64,000 bases of DNA from Dermatophilaceae bacterium (GTDB lineage Bacteria > Actinomycetota > Actinomycetes > Actinomycetales > Dermatophilaceae): positions 5,560 through 69,559 of the forward strand of contig JBOFLG010000044.1 in NCBI GenBank assembly GCA_051657745.1, given 5' to 3'. Shown one piece after another: positions 49,071 to 60,465 of this stretch. The notes beneath the pieces were generated by a model that did no database searches, had not been told where the DNA came from, and saw nothing but the letters and a program-made list of their open reading frames with translations. Position 1 is the stretch's first letter. Each line of letters opens with the position of its first letter. Both the position numbers and the translations under genes were made by a program.

Positions 49071-51110
49071 ATGTCAGAACGCGTGAAGATGCCGGCTCTC
49101 GGCGAGTCCGTCACCGAGGGGACGGTGACGCGGTGGTTGAAGAGCGTCGGTGATCGCATCGAGGTTGACGAACCGCTGCTCGAGGTCTCCACCGACAAAG
49201 TCGACACCGAGATCCCCTCACCCATGGCCGGCACCCTCGAGGAGGTGCTCGTCCACGAGGACGACACCGTGCCCGTCGGCGCCGACCTCGCGGTGATCGG
49301 AGGCGGATCCGGACCGGTCTCGGATGACGCCGGGCCCGCCGAGGTCGCCGGGTCGGAAGACTCACCCGGAACCGAGCCCGCCGCCGGCCCCACCCAGTCG
49401 GCAGCAGGCGGCCGGCCAGCGCAGGATCACGGTCACCGAGACCAGTCCGACCCGACGCCGACGACTGCGAGCGCCGAGAAGGCCCCCGCACCGGCCTCGG
49501 TCGATGTCCCGCAGCCGCCGCCCGCTGCGTCATCCGGCCCGGCCACTGCCGGAGGCGCCGGCACGGTGGTGCCGATGCCGGCGCTCGGCGAGTCGGTCAC
49601 GGAAGGAACGGTCACCCGGTGGCTGAAGCAGGTCGGCGACGAGGTCGCGGTCGACGAACCGCTGCTCGAGGTCTCCACCGACAAGGTCGACACCGAGATC
49701 CCCTCGCCGGTGGCCGGGACCCTCACCACGATCCTGGTCGGTGAGGACGACACGGTGCCGGTCGGCGCCGAGCTCGCCATCGTCGGCGAACCGAGCGGGT
49801 CCACGGCTGACGCACCAGCGACGAGCGCTGCTCCGCAGCATCCGGCTCCGCCCTCGAGCGCGGGGAAGTCGCGTCGGCAGGGCGGCTCCGCGTCGCGCAC
49901 GTCGGCGGGCTCCCCCGAGACGGCCCCACCGGCGACCGAACCCGCGGTACCGAGGTCCCCCGTTCACGCGGTCGCCGCGCCGGCGGCCAGTACCCGGCCA
50001 CCTGCTCCCGCGCCAGTACGCCCGGCTGACCGACCCGGCGGCCCGAACGGTGCGGCGATCCGGCTGGCCTCTGGCACGGCGGAGGACCGTGACGCTGTCG
50101 CCTATGTGACCCCGCTGGTCCGCAAGCTCGCCTCGGACCGTGGGATCGACCTCGGCAGCGTGCATGGCACGGGCATCGGCGGCCGGATCCGGAAGCACGA
50201 CGTGCTGGCGGCGGCCACCGCCGCCGAGGCCGCCGAGGCCGAGAGAGTCGAGGCGGCAGCAGCAGCGCGGGAGGCCGAGAGAGTCGAGGCGGCAGCAGCA
50301 GCGCGGGCGACCGAGACGACCGCGCCCGCCGCACGCGGGTCAGCACCGCGCTCTGCCGGAACGGCACCGACCCAGAACAGCACCGAACTCGCCAAGCGCG
50401 GCACGACCGAAACGATGACCCGGCTGCGCCGCACGATCGCCCGCAGGATGGTCGAGTCGCTGCAGGTGTCGGCTCAACTCACCACCGTGGTCGAGGTCGA
50501 CGTCACCCGGATCGCGCGGCTGCGGGACCGGGCGAAAGCGGAGTTCGCGGCGCGCGAGGGCACCAAACTGAGTTTCCTGCCGTTCTTCGCGCTTGCTGCG
50601 GTGGAGGCGCTCAAGACCCATCCGATGGTCAATGCCAGCATCGACGGCGACGATGTCACCTACCACGGGGCGGAGCACCTCGGCGTCGCCGTCGACACCG
50701 AGAAGGGGCTGCTCGTCCCAGTGCTCAAGAATGCGGGTGACCTCAACATCGGGGGTCTCGCCAAAGGCATTGCCGACGTTGCGGAGCGCACCCGGAGCGG
50801 CCGGATCATGCCCGACGACCTGGCCGGCGGCACCTTTACCGTGACCAACACCGGGTCACGAGGAGCGCTGTTCGACACCCCGATCATCAATCAGCCGCAG
50901 GTCGCCATCCTCGGCACGGGATCCGTCGTTCGGCGGCCGGTGGTCGCCGCGGTCGATGACGGCGGCGAGACCATCGCGATCCGTTCGATGGTGTACCTCG
51001 CCCTCTCGTACGACCACCGAATCGTCGACGGCGCGGATGCCGCTCGCTTCCTCACCACGATCAAGTCGCGACTCGAGGAAGGCGCGTTCGAGGCCGACCT
51101 CGGTCTCTGA
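49071..51110 (+). CDS. sucB: Dihydrolipoamide acyl(succinyl)transferase E2 component with two lipoyl domains
   Basis: Two copies of [18 protein letters not shown]...[14 protein letters not shown]. Subunit-binding domain [16 protein letters not shown]. Catalytic block [21 protein letters not shown]. Confidence 0.9.
   Translation: MSERVKMPALGESVTEGTVTRWLKSVGDRIEVDEPLLEVSTDKVDTEIPSPMAGTLEEVLVHEDDTVPVGADLAVIGGGSGPVSDDAGPAEVAGSEDSPGTEPAAGPTQSAAGGRPAQDHGHRDQSDPTPTTASAEKAPAPASVDVPQPPPAASSGPATAGGAGTVVPMPALGESVTEGTVTRWLKQVGDEVAVDEPLLEVSTDKVDTEIPSPVAGTLTTILVGEDDTVPVGAELAIVGEPSGSTADAPATSAAPQHPAPPSSAGKSRRQGGSASRTSAGSPETAPPATEPAVPRSPVHAVAAPAASTRPPAPAPVRPADRPGGPNGAAIRLASGTAEDRDAVAYVTPLVRKLASDRGIDLGSVHGTGIGGRIRKHDVLAAATAAEAAEAERVEAAAAAREAERVEAAAAARATETTAPAARGSAPRSAGTAPTQNSTELAKRGTTETMTRLRRTIARRMVESLQVSAQLTTVVEVDVTRIARLRDRAKAEFAAREGTKLSFLPFFALAAVEALKTHPMVNASIDGDDVTYHGAEHLGVAVDTEKGLLVPVLKNAGDLNIGGLAKGIADVAERTRSGRIMPDDLAGGTFTVTNTGSRGALFDTPIINQPQVAILGTGSVVRRPVVAAVDDGGETIAIRSMVYLALSYDHRIVDGADAARFLTTIKSRLEEGAFEADLGL
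50235..50306. repeat. Perfect 2 x 36-bp in-frame tandem duplication in the sucB linker
   Basis: gaggccgagagagtcgaggcggcagcagcagcgcgg occurs twice back to back (encodes [12 protein letters not shown] x2). Confidence 0.9.
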
Positions 51111-51120
51111 CGGGGCGACG

Positions 51121-52011
51121 ATGACACGAGTCGCAGTGGCCGGAAGTTCCGGCCTGATCGGGTCCGCTCTGGTGGCCGCGTTGCGGGAGCGCGACGATCA
51201 CGTCATCCGCCTGGTGCGGCGGGCACCATCCGGACCCGACGACGTGCGCTGGGACCCGGCCTCGGGGATCCTCGACCCCGGGGTGCTTGACGGTGTGGAT
51301 GCCGTGGTCAACCTCGCCGGAGCAGGAGTCGGCGACCGCCGGTGGTCGCCGTCGTACAAGCACCTGATCCTCGCCTCGCGCGTCGACTCCACCGGCACGC
51401 TGGCGGCAGCGGTCGCCGCCACCGGGCGGCCGCTGCGGGTGGTCTCGGGGTCGGCGGTGGGCTTCTACGGCGACCGAGACGACGAGCGCCTGACCGAGGC
51501 GAGCCCACCGGGTGACGGCTTCCTCGCTGACGTCGTGGGTGCCTGGGAGGCGGCATCCGCACCCGCGATCGATGCGGGGGCGTCGGTGGTGTTCGCGCGC
51601 ACCGGGCTGGTCATGTCGCCCGATGGCGGCGGCTTCGGTCGGCTGCTCCGGCTCGCCCGTCTGGGCCTGGCTGGGCCGCTCGGCAGCGGTCGCCAGTTCT
51701 GGCCGTGGATCACCCTTGTCGATGAAGTACGTGCGTTGCTCCATCTTCTTGACCACCCCGAGGTAACCGGGCCGGTCAACGTGGTGGGTCCCGAGCCGCA
51801 CCAGCAGGCGCAGATCATGCGGGCGATCGGCCGCGCCCTGGGTCGGCCAGCGGTGCTGCCCGCTCCTGGGATCGCTCTCCGCGCCGTTCTCGGTGAGTTC
51901 GCCGGTGAGATCCTCGGCGGCCAGCGGGTCGTTGGCAATGCCCTGGCCGACAGCGGCTTTGTGCACACCCACGACACCCTGGACACCGCGTGCCGGTGGC
52001 TGGTCGAGTGA
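51121..52011 (+). CDS. TIGR01777-family NAD-dependent epimerase-like protein (DUF1731 C-terminus)
   Basis: VAVAGSSGLIGSAL Rossmann motif and GSGRQFWPWITLVDEV. Confidence 0.8.
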   Translation: MTRVAVAGSSGLIGSALVAALRERDDHVIRLVRRAPSGPDDVRWDPASGILDPGVLDGVDAVVNLAGAGVGDRRWSPSYKHLILASRVDSTGTLAAAVAATGRPLRVVSGSAVGFYGDRDDERLTEASPPGDGFLADVVGAWEAASAPAIDAGASVVFARTGLVMSPDGGGFGRLLRLARLGLAGPLGSGRQFWPWITLVDEVRALLHLLDHPEVTGPVNVVGPEPHQQAQIMRAIGRALGRPAVLPAPGIALRAVLGEFAGEILGGQRVVGNALADSGFVHTHDTLDTACRWLVE

Positions 52012-52730
52012 TGATCCTGGCCACCTCCGGCGGATACCGCCGCGGTGGGCACACCCAGCTGGAGTTCGACGCTCTGGTGCATCACGCTGTCGAACTGTCC
52101 GGTGCGCACGGCCGTCGCCCGCGCGTGACCGTGCTCGGCACTGCGTCGGGCGACCCGGCCCACCTGTCGTACGCGCTGCTGGAGGCGGGGCGGGTAGCGG
52201 GCTTCGACACTTCCACCCTGGACCTGTTCCCGATGCCGAACGTCGAGGACCCCGCTGCCCACCTGCTCGCTCAGGATGTCGTCTGGGTCAACGGTGGGTC
52301 GGTCGCCAACCTCCTTGCGGTCTGGGACGTGCACGACCTGCGCCCGGCGATGCAGGCCGCCTGGGAGGCCGGGGTGGTGCTCGCGGGCGTGTCAGCCGGG
52401 TCGATCTGCTGGTACCGCGGCGGCTGCACCGACTCCTATGGGCCCGACCTGCGCGCGGTGACCAACGGGCTCGGTCTGCTGCCCTACGGCAACGGCGTGC
52501 ACTACAACTCCGAGATCGGCCGGCGCCCCGCCATCCACCGGATGGTCGCCGATCGCACACTCCCCGAGACGCATTGCACCGATGACGGCGTCGGCATCGT
52601 CTACGCCGGGACGAGGCTCGTCGAGGCGGTGAGCGAGCGCGCCGGAGCACATGCGTACGTGGTCACTGCGGATGACGACGGCACGGTCCACGAGGAACGG
52701 CTCGAACCACGCCGACTGCCCTCTGGCTGA
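52011..52730 (+). CDS. Peptidase S51 (peptidase E-like) family protein
   Basis: ILATSGG, VWVNGGSVANLL, LAGVSAGSICW (nucleophile Ser context), NGVHYNSE. The start overlaps the preceding stop (GTG 52008 or ATG 52011). Confidence 0.7.
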   Translation: MILATSGGYRRGGHTQLEFDALVHHAVELSGAHGRRPRVTVLGTASGDPAHLSYALLEAGRVAGFDTSTLDLFPMPNVEDPAAHLLAQDVVWVNGGSVANLLAVWDVHDLRPAMQAAWEAGVVLAGVSAGSICWYRGGCTDSYGPDLRAVTNGLGLLPYGNGVHYNSEIGRRPAIHRMVADRTLPETHCTDDGVGIVYAGTRLVEAVSERAGAHAYVVTADDDGTVHEERLEPRRLPSG

Positions 52731-52897
52731 ACGGTGTCCGCCCGTCGGCCACGGTCAGGTCCCAGGTGCCGCCGCCGGGGCGGAGGCGTGGCCGGCTGCG
52801 ATCAGGGGCACGACGCCGCCACGACACTGGGGCCGGCCACGGTCACGAGCACCTCGAGCCGAGGCCAGACCAGCCAGCCGGATGACGCCCGTGCGGG

Positions 52898-53932
52898 TCA
52901 GCGGCCAGGCGCCGCAACCCTGACGAGGCGTTCCCCGGCCGCCGAGACTCGGGCGGCATCGATGACGGCGAGCGTGTGCACCGCGTCCCACGGGTCGACC
53001 GGCATCCGGGCTTGCGGGTCCGGCGCGGCGAGGGCTGCGGCTACGGACCGGTAGAAGTCGGCCTGGTCGCCCGGGATCCGGGGAACCGGCTCGCGCTCGG
53101 CCCCGCGGTACAGCCAGCCGCAGTGGTCGTCGTCGAGGTCGCGCTGGGCGTCCCACGGATGGGCTTCGGCCTCGAAGTCGGCCACCACGTACGCGGCCGA
53201 CGTGCCGAGAAGTCGGACCCGCGGCCCGGGCGCGCCGGCCACCGAGGTCGCTCCCAGATGCGACACGACCCCCGATCCGTGGCGACAGAGCAGGAACGCG
53301 TCGTCCTCGGCCGGGGTGGTGTGCGCGGACACCGTGGCCGCGACCGAGGTGACCGGCCCGAACAGGTGCACCGCGGCATCCACGAGATGGCTGTGCAGGT
53401 CGAGCAGGATGCCGCCGCCTGCCGCCGCCGAGGAGTTCTCCCGCCAGCGGTCCTTCGGCTCGGGTCGCCATCTCTCCCAGCGCATCTCGAAGCGAAACGG
53501 ATCCCCGACCAGCCGGTCGCGCACGACCCGGGCGGTGCTCGCGTGGGTGGCGTCGAAGCGGCGGTTCTGGAACACCGTGAGCGGCGCGCCGCGACCGGCG
53601 GCATGCCGCACCACGTCGGCGGCCGACTCGGCGTCCACGGCCAGCGGCTTGTCGACGACACAGGCCAGCCCGGCGTCGGCCACGCGCTTCGCCTGGGCGG
53701 CGTGTCCGCCGCTCGGGGTGGCCAGGACGACGACATCGAACTGGAAACCCACCTCGAGCAGGTCATCGAGCCTTGGCACGACCGTGACCCCGGCGAGGTC
53801 CGCGCGGGCCGCGGCCGCCCGAGCGTCATCCGCGGTGGATACCGCCACGATGTCGTACCCCGCCCGGGTGAGCAGCGGTGCGTGGATGCCGCGCCCGGCC
53901 GAGCCGTACCCGGCCAGCGCGACGCGCGTCAT
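52898..53932 (-). CDS. Gfo/Idh/MocA-family oxidoreductase
   Basis: VALAGYGSAGRGIHAPLL Rossmann N-terminus and CVVDKPLA. Start ATG 53932. 4-nt overlap with the upstream MMPL gene. Confidence 0.8.
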   Translation of the reverse strand: MTRVALAGYGSAGRGIHAPLLTRAGYDIVAVSTADDARAAAARADLAGVTVVPRLDDLLEVGFQFDVVVLATPSGGHAAQAKRVADAGLACVVDKPLAVDAESAADVVRHAAGRGAPLTVFQNRRFDATHASTARVVRDRLVGDPFRFEMRWERWRPEPKDRWRENSSAAAGGGILLDLHSHLVDAAVHLFGPVTSVAATVSAHTTPAEDDAFLLCRHGSGVVSHLGATSVAGAPGPRVRLLGTSAAYVVADFEAEAHPWDAQRDLDDDHCGWLYRGAEREPVPRIPGDQADFYRSVAAALAAPDPQARMPVDPWDAVHTLAVIDAARVSAAGERLVRVAAPGR

Positions 53933-56253
53933 CCGGCTCGGCCGTCCGGCGCCACCGCGGCCTCCGACTGACGGCCGTCGGGCGCCGCCGGTCCCCGGTC
54001 GGCCCGCAGCCGCACCGGCCACCAGGTCCGGCCGCCCAGGTCGTACGCCATCGCGGGCACCAGCAGCGAGCGCACCACAAAGGTGTCGAGCAGCACGCCG
54101 AATGCCACGATGAACGCGATCTGGACCAGGAAGACCAGCGGGAGCACCGACAGCGCGGAGAAGGTCGCGGCGAGCACGATGCCGGCGCTGGTGATCACCC
54201 CACCGGTGACGGCGAGCCCGACCAGGATGCCGGGGCGCGTGCCGCGGGTGAGCGCCTCCTCGCGTACCCGGGTCATCAGGAAGATCGAGTAGTCGATGCC
54301 GAGCGCGACGAGAAACACGAAGCCGTACAACGGAATTGCCGGGTCGCTGCCGCCGAAGCCGAACCCCACGTCGAAGACGACTGCGGCGACGCCGATCGTC
54401 GCCGCGAACGACACCACATTCGCCAGGACCAGCAGGAACGGCGCGAGCACCGAGCGCAGCAGCAGGCAGAGCACCAGGAAGATGACCACCAGGATGGCTG
54501 GGACGATGACCCGCAGGTCGCGCCCGCTCGCGTCGAGCACATCGAGGTTGGTGGCGGCATTGCCACCGACAATCGCGTCGGTACTGACCGCGTCGAGCGA
54601 TTCGCGCAGCCGCTCCACGGTCGCCTCGGCCTCGGCGCTGTCGCTCGCGCCGGTCGTGGTCGCCTGGAGCACAGTGCGGCCATCCACCACGGGCGGTGGC
54701 CCGGCCGGCTGACCTGGCCCCGGTGGGGTGAGTCCGAGGTAGGCGTTCTCGACTCCGGGGTCAGCCACCACGACCGCCAGCGCGGCCTCAGCCTGGGCCT
54801 GGGGCACGACCACCACCACCGGCTCGGCGGCGCCGGCCGGGAAGTGCGCGGCCACCGCCCGCTGCGCCGCGACCGACTCGACCTCGGTGAGGAAGGTGTC
54901 CTCGACGGTGACCCCCTCGGCCTCGAAGGTCGGCGCGAGCGCACCGAAGGCGAGGAGCGCCACAAGGGTGCTCACCCAGGTGCGGCGGGGGTGGCGGCCG
55001 ACCAGCCCAGCGACCCGACCCCACAGCGAGCGGGTACCGACCGTGTCCTCGGCGTGCTGGTGGTCGAGCCGAGGGGCGAACGGCCAGAACGCCTTTCGCC
55101 CGAGCAGCACGAGCACGGCGGGAAGAAACGTCAGCGAGGCCACCAACGCACCGGCGATGCCGAGCGCACCCACCGGGCCGAGCCCCGCCGTGCTCTGCAG
55201 TTCGGCGAGCAGCAGGCAGAGCAACCCGAGGATGACGGTCGCTGCCGACGCGGTGATCGGCTCGACCGAACCGCGCCAGGCGCGGGTCATCGCGACCCAG
55301 GAGCTTGACTCGTCGTGGAGCTCTTCGCGAAACCGGCTCACCAGCAGGAGCGCGTAGTCGGTGGCGGCGCCGACGACGAGGATGAAGAGGATGCCCTGGC
55401 TCTGCCCGGACAACTCGATGACGTCGTTGTTCGCCAGCTGGTAGACGACCACCCCGGCCAGCCCCAGCCCGAACAGCGCGGTGAGCAGGACCGCCACCGG
55501 CAGGATCGGGCTGCGGTACACCACCAGCAGAATGACGAGGACTACCGCGAGCGCCACGCCGAGGAGGATGCCGTCGATGCCGCCGAACGCCACAGAGAAG
55601 TCGGAGAGCAGCCCGCCGAGCCCGCCGACATAGGCGTCGGCAGGTGCCCCGTCGAACAGCGCGCTGCTGCGCTCGCGCACCTCGGTGGTGATGACGACGA
55701 GGGGCGCCTGTTCCTCCACCACTTCACTCGCGGCCCGTTCTTGGATCGGCACGATGAGCAGCGCGGCCTCGCCATCCGCGCTGGGGATGGGCACCAGCGG
55801 CTCCGCGCTGGCGAGGTAATCCCGCACGGTCACCCCGGTGCCAAGGTCGGGCAGCGGGAGGTCCGGCAGCTCGCCGGCCAGTCGCTGCAACGTCGCCACC
55901 GCGTTCTCGGCGAGCGGACCCCCCTCAGACTCGACAACGACCACCAGCGGCACCGTCTGCTCGTCGGAGAACCGCGCGACAGCATCTCGGACCGCGGTGG
56001 ACTCGGCGTCCTTCGGGAGGAAGTTCGCGTTGTCGTTGGTCTGCACCTCGGACAGGCGGCCGGTGTACTGGCCGCCGACGCCACCCACCGCGAACCAGGC
56101 GAGCACGACCAGGGCAGCGACGAGCAGCACCTGGCGCGGGCGCCGCGCCGACGTGGGTCGGTCCGGTGTGCCGGTGGGGTCGTGGGCACCGGCCCTGGCC
56201 GGCTCATCCAGACCGGCCTGGCGGACGTCATCCGAGGTGGGCGCATCGCTCAT
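53929..56253 (-). CDS. MMPL-family (RND superfamily) membrane transporter
   Basis: 774 aa with two blocks of about six TM helices, each preceded by a soluble loop. Reads [11 protein letters not shown] and [15 protein letters not shown]. Confidence 0.85.
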   Translation of the reverse strand: MSDAPTSDDVRQAGLDEPARAGAHDPTGTPDRPTSARRPRQVLLVAALVVLAWFAVGGVGGQYTGRLSEVQTNDNANFLPKDAESTAVRDAVARFSDEQTVPLVVVVESEGGPLAENAVATLQRLAGELPDLPLPDLGTGVTVRDYLASAEPLVPIPSADGEAALLIVPIQERAASEVVEEQAPLVVITTEVRERSSALFDGAPADAYVGGLGGLLSDFSVAFGGIDGILLGVALAVVLVILLVVYRSPILPVAVLLTALFGLGLAGVVVYQLANNDVIELSGQSQGILFILVVGAATDYALLLVSRFREELHDESSSWVAMTRAWRGSVEPITASAATVILGLLCLLLAELQSTAGLGPVGALGIAGALVASLTFLPAVLVLLGRKAFWPFAPRLDHQHAEDTVGTRSLWGRVAGLVGRHPRRTWVSTLVALLAFGALAPTFEAEGVTVEDTFLTEVESVAAQRAVAAHFPAGAAEPVVVVVPQAQAEAALAVVVADPGVENAYLGLTPPGPGQPAGPPPVVDGRTVLQATTTGASDSAEAEATVERLRESLDAVSTDAIVGGNAATNLDVLDASGRDLRVIVPAILVVIFLVLCLLLRSVLAPFLLVLANVVSFAATIGVAAVVFDVGFGFGGSDPAIPLYGFVFLVALGIDYSIFLMTRVREEALTRGTRPGILVGLAVTGGVITSAGIVLAATFSALSVLPLVFLVQIAFIVAFGVLLDTFVVRSLLVPAMAYDLGGRTWWPVRLRADRGPAAPDGRQSEAAVAPDGRAG

Positions 56254-56383
56254 GGCCGCCAGCCTAGGAGCATTCCCGCAGCCGTCCGTCGTGGTTCGAC
56301 ACGCGCGCCCGGCTGGCCGCGGCCGACGCCCTCGCTCGACCTGGGCCGCTGCCGGGTCACGCGCCGGTCGTACTGTGGAGGGT

Positions 56384-57061
56384 ATGCGGTTCGTGCACCT
56401 CGGCTTCCGGCCCGACCTGGTCGACTACCACGAGGGCTGGCAGGCGCAGCGGGATGTGCACGCCCAGGTGGTGGCCGGCGAGGCCGAGGACACGGTGCTG
56501 CTGCTGGAGCATGCCGCGGTCTACACCGCGGGCAAGCGCACCGAGCCGCACGAGCGGCCGGTCGACGGCACGCCCGTTGTCGACGTCGACCGGGGCGGCA
56601 AGATCACCTGGCACGGTCCAGGGCAGCTGGTCGGCTACCCGATCGTGCGGCTGCCCGAGGTGCCCATCGACGTCGTGGCCCACGTGCGCCGACTGGAAGA
56701 GGTGATGATCCGGGCCTGCGGCGAGTTCGGGGTGGAGGCGATGCGGGTTGCGGGACGCAGCGGGGTGTGGGTGGCCGCCGACGAGCGTGGACCCGACCGC
56801 AAACTCGGGGCGATCGGGGTACGGGTAAGCCAGCGGGTGACCATGCATGGCTTCGCCCTGAACTGCGACGCCGACCTGTCCTGGGCGGAGCCCATCGTGC
56901 CATGCGGCATTGCCGACGCTGGCATCTCCAGCCTCACCGCCGAGGCCGGCCGCCGAGTCACCGTGCAGGATGTTCTGCCCTGGGTCGAGAAGCATCTGAT
57001 CGACGTCCTGGCCCCGGGTCAGTGCCCTAGCCTCTCGGCGTGTACGAGCTCCACGACGTAG
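56384..57061 (+). CDS. lipB: Lipoyl(octanoyl) transferase
   Basis: [55 protein letters not shown] before ATG 56384. Confidence 0.9.
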   Translation: MRFVHLGFRPDLVDYHEGWQAQRDVHAQVVAGEAEDTVLLLEHAAVYTAGKRTEPHERPVDGTPVVDVDRGGKITWHGPGQLVGYPIVRLPEVPIDVVAHVRRLEEVMIRACGEFGVEAMRVAGRSGVWVAADERGPDRKLGAIGVRVSQRVTMHGFALNCDADLSWAEPIVPCGIADAGISSLTAEAGRRVTVQDVLPWVEKHLIDVLAPGQCPSLSACTSSTT

Positions 57062-58497
57062 TTCTTCCGGTCTCGATCGTTCTGGCCGGTGTCGTTGTCG
57101 GGCTCGCGGTCGCGTGGTGCCAAGACCTGCGGGCCGGAGGAGCCGACACCCGGTGGTCGCACGGCAGCGGGCTCACGGTTCCGGTGGTTGTCTCGGTCGG
57201 CGGTGACCGCCACCGCGCCTCGGGTGTCGTCGACGGCGGACGACTGCGGGTGGTCGGGCCACGGACGCACCTGCTCCTCGACGGGGCGGCCTACCTGGCC
57301 GCGGGCCAGCGCCAACACCCCGTGGATGACGAGACCGTGGATGACGCGACGCAGGATGACGCGACGCAGCGAGGGTTCGTCGATGCCGGTGGCACCCTCC
57401 ACCTTGTCGGCGCTGTGGCGGAGTGGGAGGCCGCTCTGCAGAGGGCGTTGCGTGGTCCGTCCAGACCGGCGTCTCGGTGGCGACGGCTCGCCGCAGCGGT
57501 GCCACGGTGGGCCTTCGCGGGGTTGGTGGCGTCCGGGCTTCTCCTGATGACGGTGCAGGTGGTCTGGGCGGCCGGCCACGATGTGCAGGCTCAGATGGTT
57601 CGGGTCGTCAGCAGTTATGAATGGCTCACCGCGATGACGGGCGGGCTCGCTCTTGTCGGTGCGGCGGTGACTACCGGGGTCACGGCAGTGCGGCTCCACC
57701 GACCAGTGGTGCGTCTGGTGGCCAGGCCGGCGGCGGCGCTCGACCTCGCTCCTCAGGGCACCGTGACGGTCGACCCGGCGGCGGCGTTGCTCACTCGGCT
57801 GGGCGCGCTCGCAGCCGCCGAGAGTTGGGATGACGGGGTGTCCGATGCCCCAGCCCTGCCGCGGTACCGGCCCCACCTCATCGCTCTCAGCTCCGCCCGG
57901 TGGTGGCCGACACCGGTGCTCGTCGGCGGTGGCCTGCTCATCGTCGAGCGGCCCGACGTCGTCCGCTACGGCCTCCTGGTGGCTGGTGGTGGCGCCGCGC
58001 TCTGGGCCGTCGCCACGGCCCGACGCACCTGGTTCGCGGTGCGGCCCGCGTACATCGCGCCGGTGACCAGCGAGTGGGACTACCGGCTGGTGCGGACGCC
58101 TGACAACCTCTGGTTCGCCCTGCTGCTGGCCGGCCAGCAACCGCACTGGATCGTGCCACTCTGGCCGGGCCGGCACCCGAGCCCCGTCGGGCGCTGCGGC
58201 ATCCGGGGCGACCTGCGCGACGGCGGCGCGGTTCAGCTCCGTATCGGCGAGTCGTTCTGGATGACCGACGGCCCGGTCGAACGGGTCTCGGCCGAGTTGC
58301 TGCGGGATATCGACGAGCACCTGCACGACCGACTGCAGGAAATCGGCACCAGCCCGGCACCACCGGACCGTGGCACCCGCCCGGCACCACCAGACTTTGG
58401 CACCCGCCCGGCACCACCAGACTTTGGCACCCGCCCGGCACCACCAGACCTGCGCACCAGCACGAGACCACCCGAGCGGTCGGACTTCGATGGATGA
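57040..58497 (+). CDS. Hypothetical multi-pass membrane protein with a C-terminal Pro-rich tandem-repeat tail
   Basis: 485 aa with high GC3 and about five TM helices. The tail reads [36 protein letters not shown]. Overlaps the lipB 3' end by 22 nt. Confidence 0.5.
   Translation: MYELHDVVLPVSIVLAGVVVGLAVAWCQDLRAGGADTRWSHGSGLTVPVVVSVGGDRHRASGVVDGGRLRVVGPRTHLLLDGAAYLAAGQRQHPVDDETVDDATQDDATQRGFVDAGGTLHLVGAVAEWEAALQRALRGPSRPASRWRRLAAAVPRWAFAGLVASGLLLMTVQVVWAAGHDVQAQMVRVVSSYEWLTAMTGGLALVGAAVTTGVTAVRLHRPVVRLVARPAAALDLAPQGTVTVDPAAALLTRLGALAAAESWDDGVSDAPALPRYRPHLIALSSARWWPTPVLVGGGLLIVERPDVVRYGLLVAGGGAALWAVATARRTWFAVRPAYIAPVTSEWDYRLVRTPDNLWFALLLAGQQPHWIVPLWPGRHPSPVGRCGIRGDLRDGGAVQLRIGESFWMTDGPVERVSAELLRDIDEHLHDRLQEIGTSPAPPDRGTRPAPPDFGTRPAPPDFGTRPAPPDLRTSTRPPERSDFDG
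58345..58452. repeat. 4 x 27-bp in-frame tandem repeat
   Basis: ggcacccgcccggcaccaccagacttt, with two perfect central copies and diverged flanking copies. Confidence 0.9.
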
Positions 58498-58521
58498 CGT
58501 CGCTGGGGTCGCCCGGTCCGG

Positions 58522-59580
58522 GTGTCGTCGGTGGCGCGACGTACCCTGGACGACGTGACCGTCGCACCCGAGGGACGCCGCCTGCTGCGGGTAGAGGCAC
58601 GTAACGCGCAGACGCCGATCGAGCGCAAACCCGAGTGGATCCGCACCACGGCGCGAATCGGCCCCGAGTACACCCAGATTCACTCGATGGTGAAGAACCA
58701 GGGCCTGCACACGGTGTGTCAGGAGGCTGGCTGTCCCAACATTTTCGAGTGCTGGGAGGATCGCGAGGCGACGTTCCTGATCGGCGGCGACACGTGTACC
58801 CGGCGCTGCGACTTCTGCGACATCGCCACGGGCCGCCCCGCACCGCTCGACCTCGGCGAGCCGCTGCGCGTTGCCGAGTCGGTGCGCACCATGGGGCTGC
58901 GGTACGCCACGGTCACCGGGGTGGCTCGCGATGACCAGCCGGACGGCGCGGCATCCCTGTACGCCGAGACGATCCGGCAGATCCACGCGCTCAACCCGAG
59001 CACTGGCGTGGAGATCCTGCCGCCCGACTTTGGCGCGCGCCCCGAGTTGGTGGGCCAGGTGTTCGACGCCCAGCCCGAAGTGTTCGCGCACAACCTGGAG
59101 ACGGTGCCGCGGATCTTCCGGCGGATCCGCCCGGCGTTCACCTACGAGAAGTCGTTGCGGGTGCTGTCGATGGCGCGCGAGGCCGGGCTGGTCACCAAGT
59201 CCAACCTCATCCTCGGCATGGGTGAACAGGACGACGAAGTCGAGGGCGCGATCCGTGACCTGCACGACGCTGGCTGCGACATCCTCACCATCACGCAGTA
59301 CCTGCGGCCCTCGCCGACCCATCACCCGATCGAGAAGTGGGTGAAGCCCGAGGAGTTCGTGCACTGGTCGGACGTCGCCGAGGAGGTCGGCTTCAAGGGG
59401 GTGATGGCCGGGCCGCTGGTGCGTAGTTCGTACCGCGCCGGCCGGCTGTGGGCCACCGCGATGCGGCGGTGGGGCCGGCCGTTGCCGGCGCATCTCGCTC
59501 ATCTTGCGGATGCCGCGACCGCCCCCGCGCGCCAGGAGGCGGCAGCGCTGGTCGGGCGCGCGGCCCGGGCCGTATCCTGA
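58522..59580 (+). CDS. lipA: Lipoyl synthase (radical SAM)
   Basis: [34 protein letters not shown]. The true start may be GTG 58555 ([11 protein letters not shown]). Confidence 0.9.
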   Translation: MSSVARRTLDDVTVAPEGRRLLRVEARNAQTPIERKPEWIRTTARIGPEYTQIHSMVKNQGLHTVCQEAGCPNIFECWEDREATFLIGGDTCTRRCDFCDIATGRPAPLDLGEPLRVAESVRTMGLRYATVTGVARDDQPDGAASLYAETIRQIHALNPSTGVEILPPDFGARPELVGQVFDAQPEVFAHNLETVPRIFRRIRPAFTYEKSLRVLSMAREAGLVTKSNLILGMGEQDDEVEGAIRDLHDAGCDILTITQYLRPSPTHHPIEKWVKPEEFVHWSDVAEEVGFKGVMAGPLVRSSYRAGRLWATAMRRWGRPLPAHLAHLADAATAPARQEAAALVGRAARAVS

Positions 59581-59644
59581 TCGTCTGACCGCCCGGGCCG
59601 CCCTGCCCCGGGCATCCGCCGCCAGCGAGGAGCCTGACCCGCCC

Positions 59645-60370
59645 GTGTCCGATCAGCCCGCGACCACACCCGGCCGTATCGCCGAGATCCGACAGGCGTA
59701 CCGCGCCATCCGCAGCCTCGATCGTCGTCTCGGGTGGTGGATGCTGCTCGCGGCCCTGCTCACTGCCGGCGTCCTGGTCGGCGTGGGTGTGCTGCTCGGC
59801 AGTCCGTGGGTCTTCTACCTCGCCATCCTCGCGCTGCCGTCGGCGCTGCTGGCCGCCACGATCGTGATGAACCGTCGCGGCAGCCGGGCCATGTATTCGG
59901 CCCTCGACGGGCAGGTCGGCGCCACGGGGGCCGCGCTGTCTGGCCTGGGAAAGCGCGGCTGGTTCGTGTCCCAGGAGCCGGTGGCCGTGGAGGGCGCCCG
60001 CGGCGTCAAAGCCACCGACTTGGCCGGCGCCGCCATGGTGTTCCGGGCCCTCGGTCGGCCCGGCGTGGTGCTGGTCGGCGAAGGCCCGCCGGCGCGGGTG
60101 CAGAAGTTGCTCCGGCAGGAGGAGAAGAAGATCGCCCGGGTCGCGCCTGGGGTGCCGGTGCATCTGTGGGTGGCCGGTGACGGCGCTGACCAAGTGCCGG
60201 TGCGGAAGCTCTCCTGGCGCCTCACCCGGTTGAAGCCCGTGCTCAGCAAGGCCGAAACGTCAGTGGTGAACAAGCGGCTGAAATCACTGGGTGGTCTGCG
60301 CCCGCCGGTGCCGAAGGGCATGGACCCGATGCGGGCCCGTCCGGACCGTAAGGCACTGCGCGGCAAGTGA
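59645..60370 (+). CDS. DUF4191 domain membrane protein
   Basis: GRIAEIRQAYR, two TM helices, C-terminal KALRGK. Position after lipA as in other actinobacteria. Start GTG 59645. Confidence 0.75.
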   Translation: MSDQPATTPGRIAEIRQAYRAIRSLDRRLGWWMLLAALLTAGVLVGVGVLLGSPWVFYLAILALPSALLAATIVMNRRGSRAMYSALDGQVGATGAALSGLGKRGWFVSQEPVAVEGARGVKATDLAGAAMVFRALGRPGVVLVGEGPPARVQKLLRQEEKKIARVAPGVPVHLWVAGDGADQVPVRKLSWRLTRLKPVLSKAETSVVNKRLKSLGGLRPPVPKGMDPMRARPDRKALRGK

Positions 60371-60465
60371 ACTCGGCGCCGGATGACGCTCGTGCGCGTC
60401 GCCAGGTGGGGCGCGTCATCGCCGACCCGGCCGGGTGACGCGTGCGCCCGCCACGGTGAGGCTCG

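Noticed and set aside
53878-57030. Two long plus-strand ORFs (53878..55308 and 55315..57030)
   Set aside because: Both are antisense to the MMPL transporter, and the second runs out of frame through lipB. The translations are charged low-complexity sequence.
58345-58452. Possible CRISPR-like repeat array (also considered for 19390-19461, 50235-50306 and 61086-61134)
   Set aside because: The repeats are directly adjacent with no spacers. Three of the four sets are in frame inside coding sequence with lengths that are multiples of three. There are only 2-4 copies, and no cas genes are present.
57019-59502. 827-aa ORF on the minus strand, the longest in the track
   Set aside because: It is antisense to lipA, whose radical-SAM motifs are unambiguous on the plus strand, and to the membrane-protein ORF. 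The translation is Arg/Pro/Gly-rich low-complexity sequence typical of antisense frames in about 70% GC DNA.
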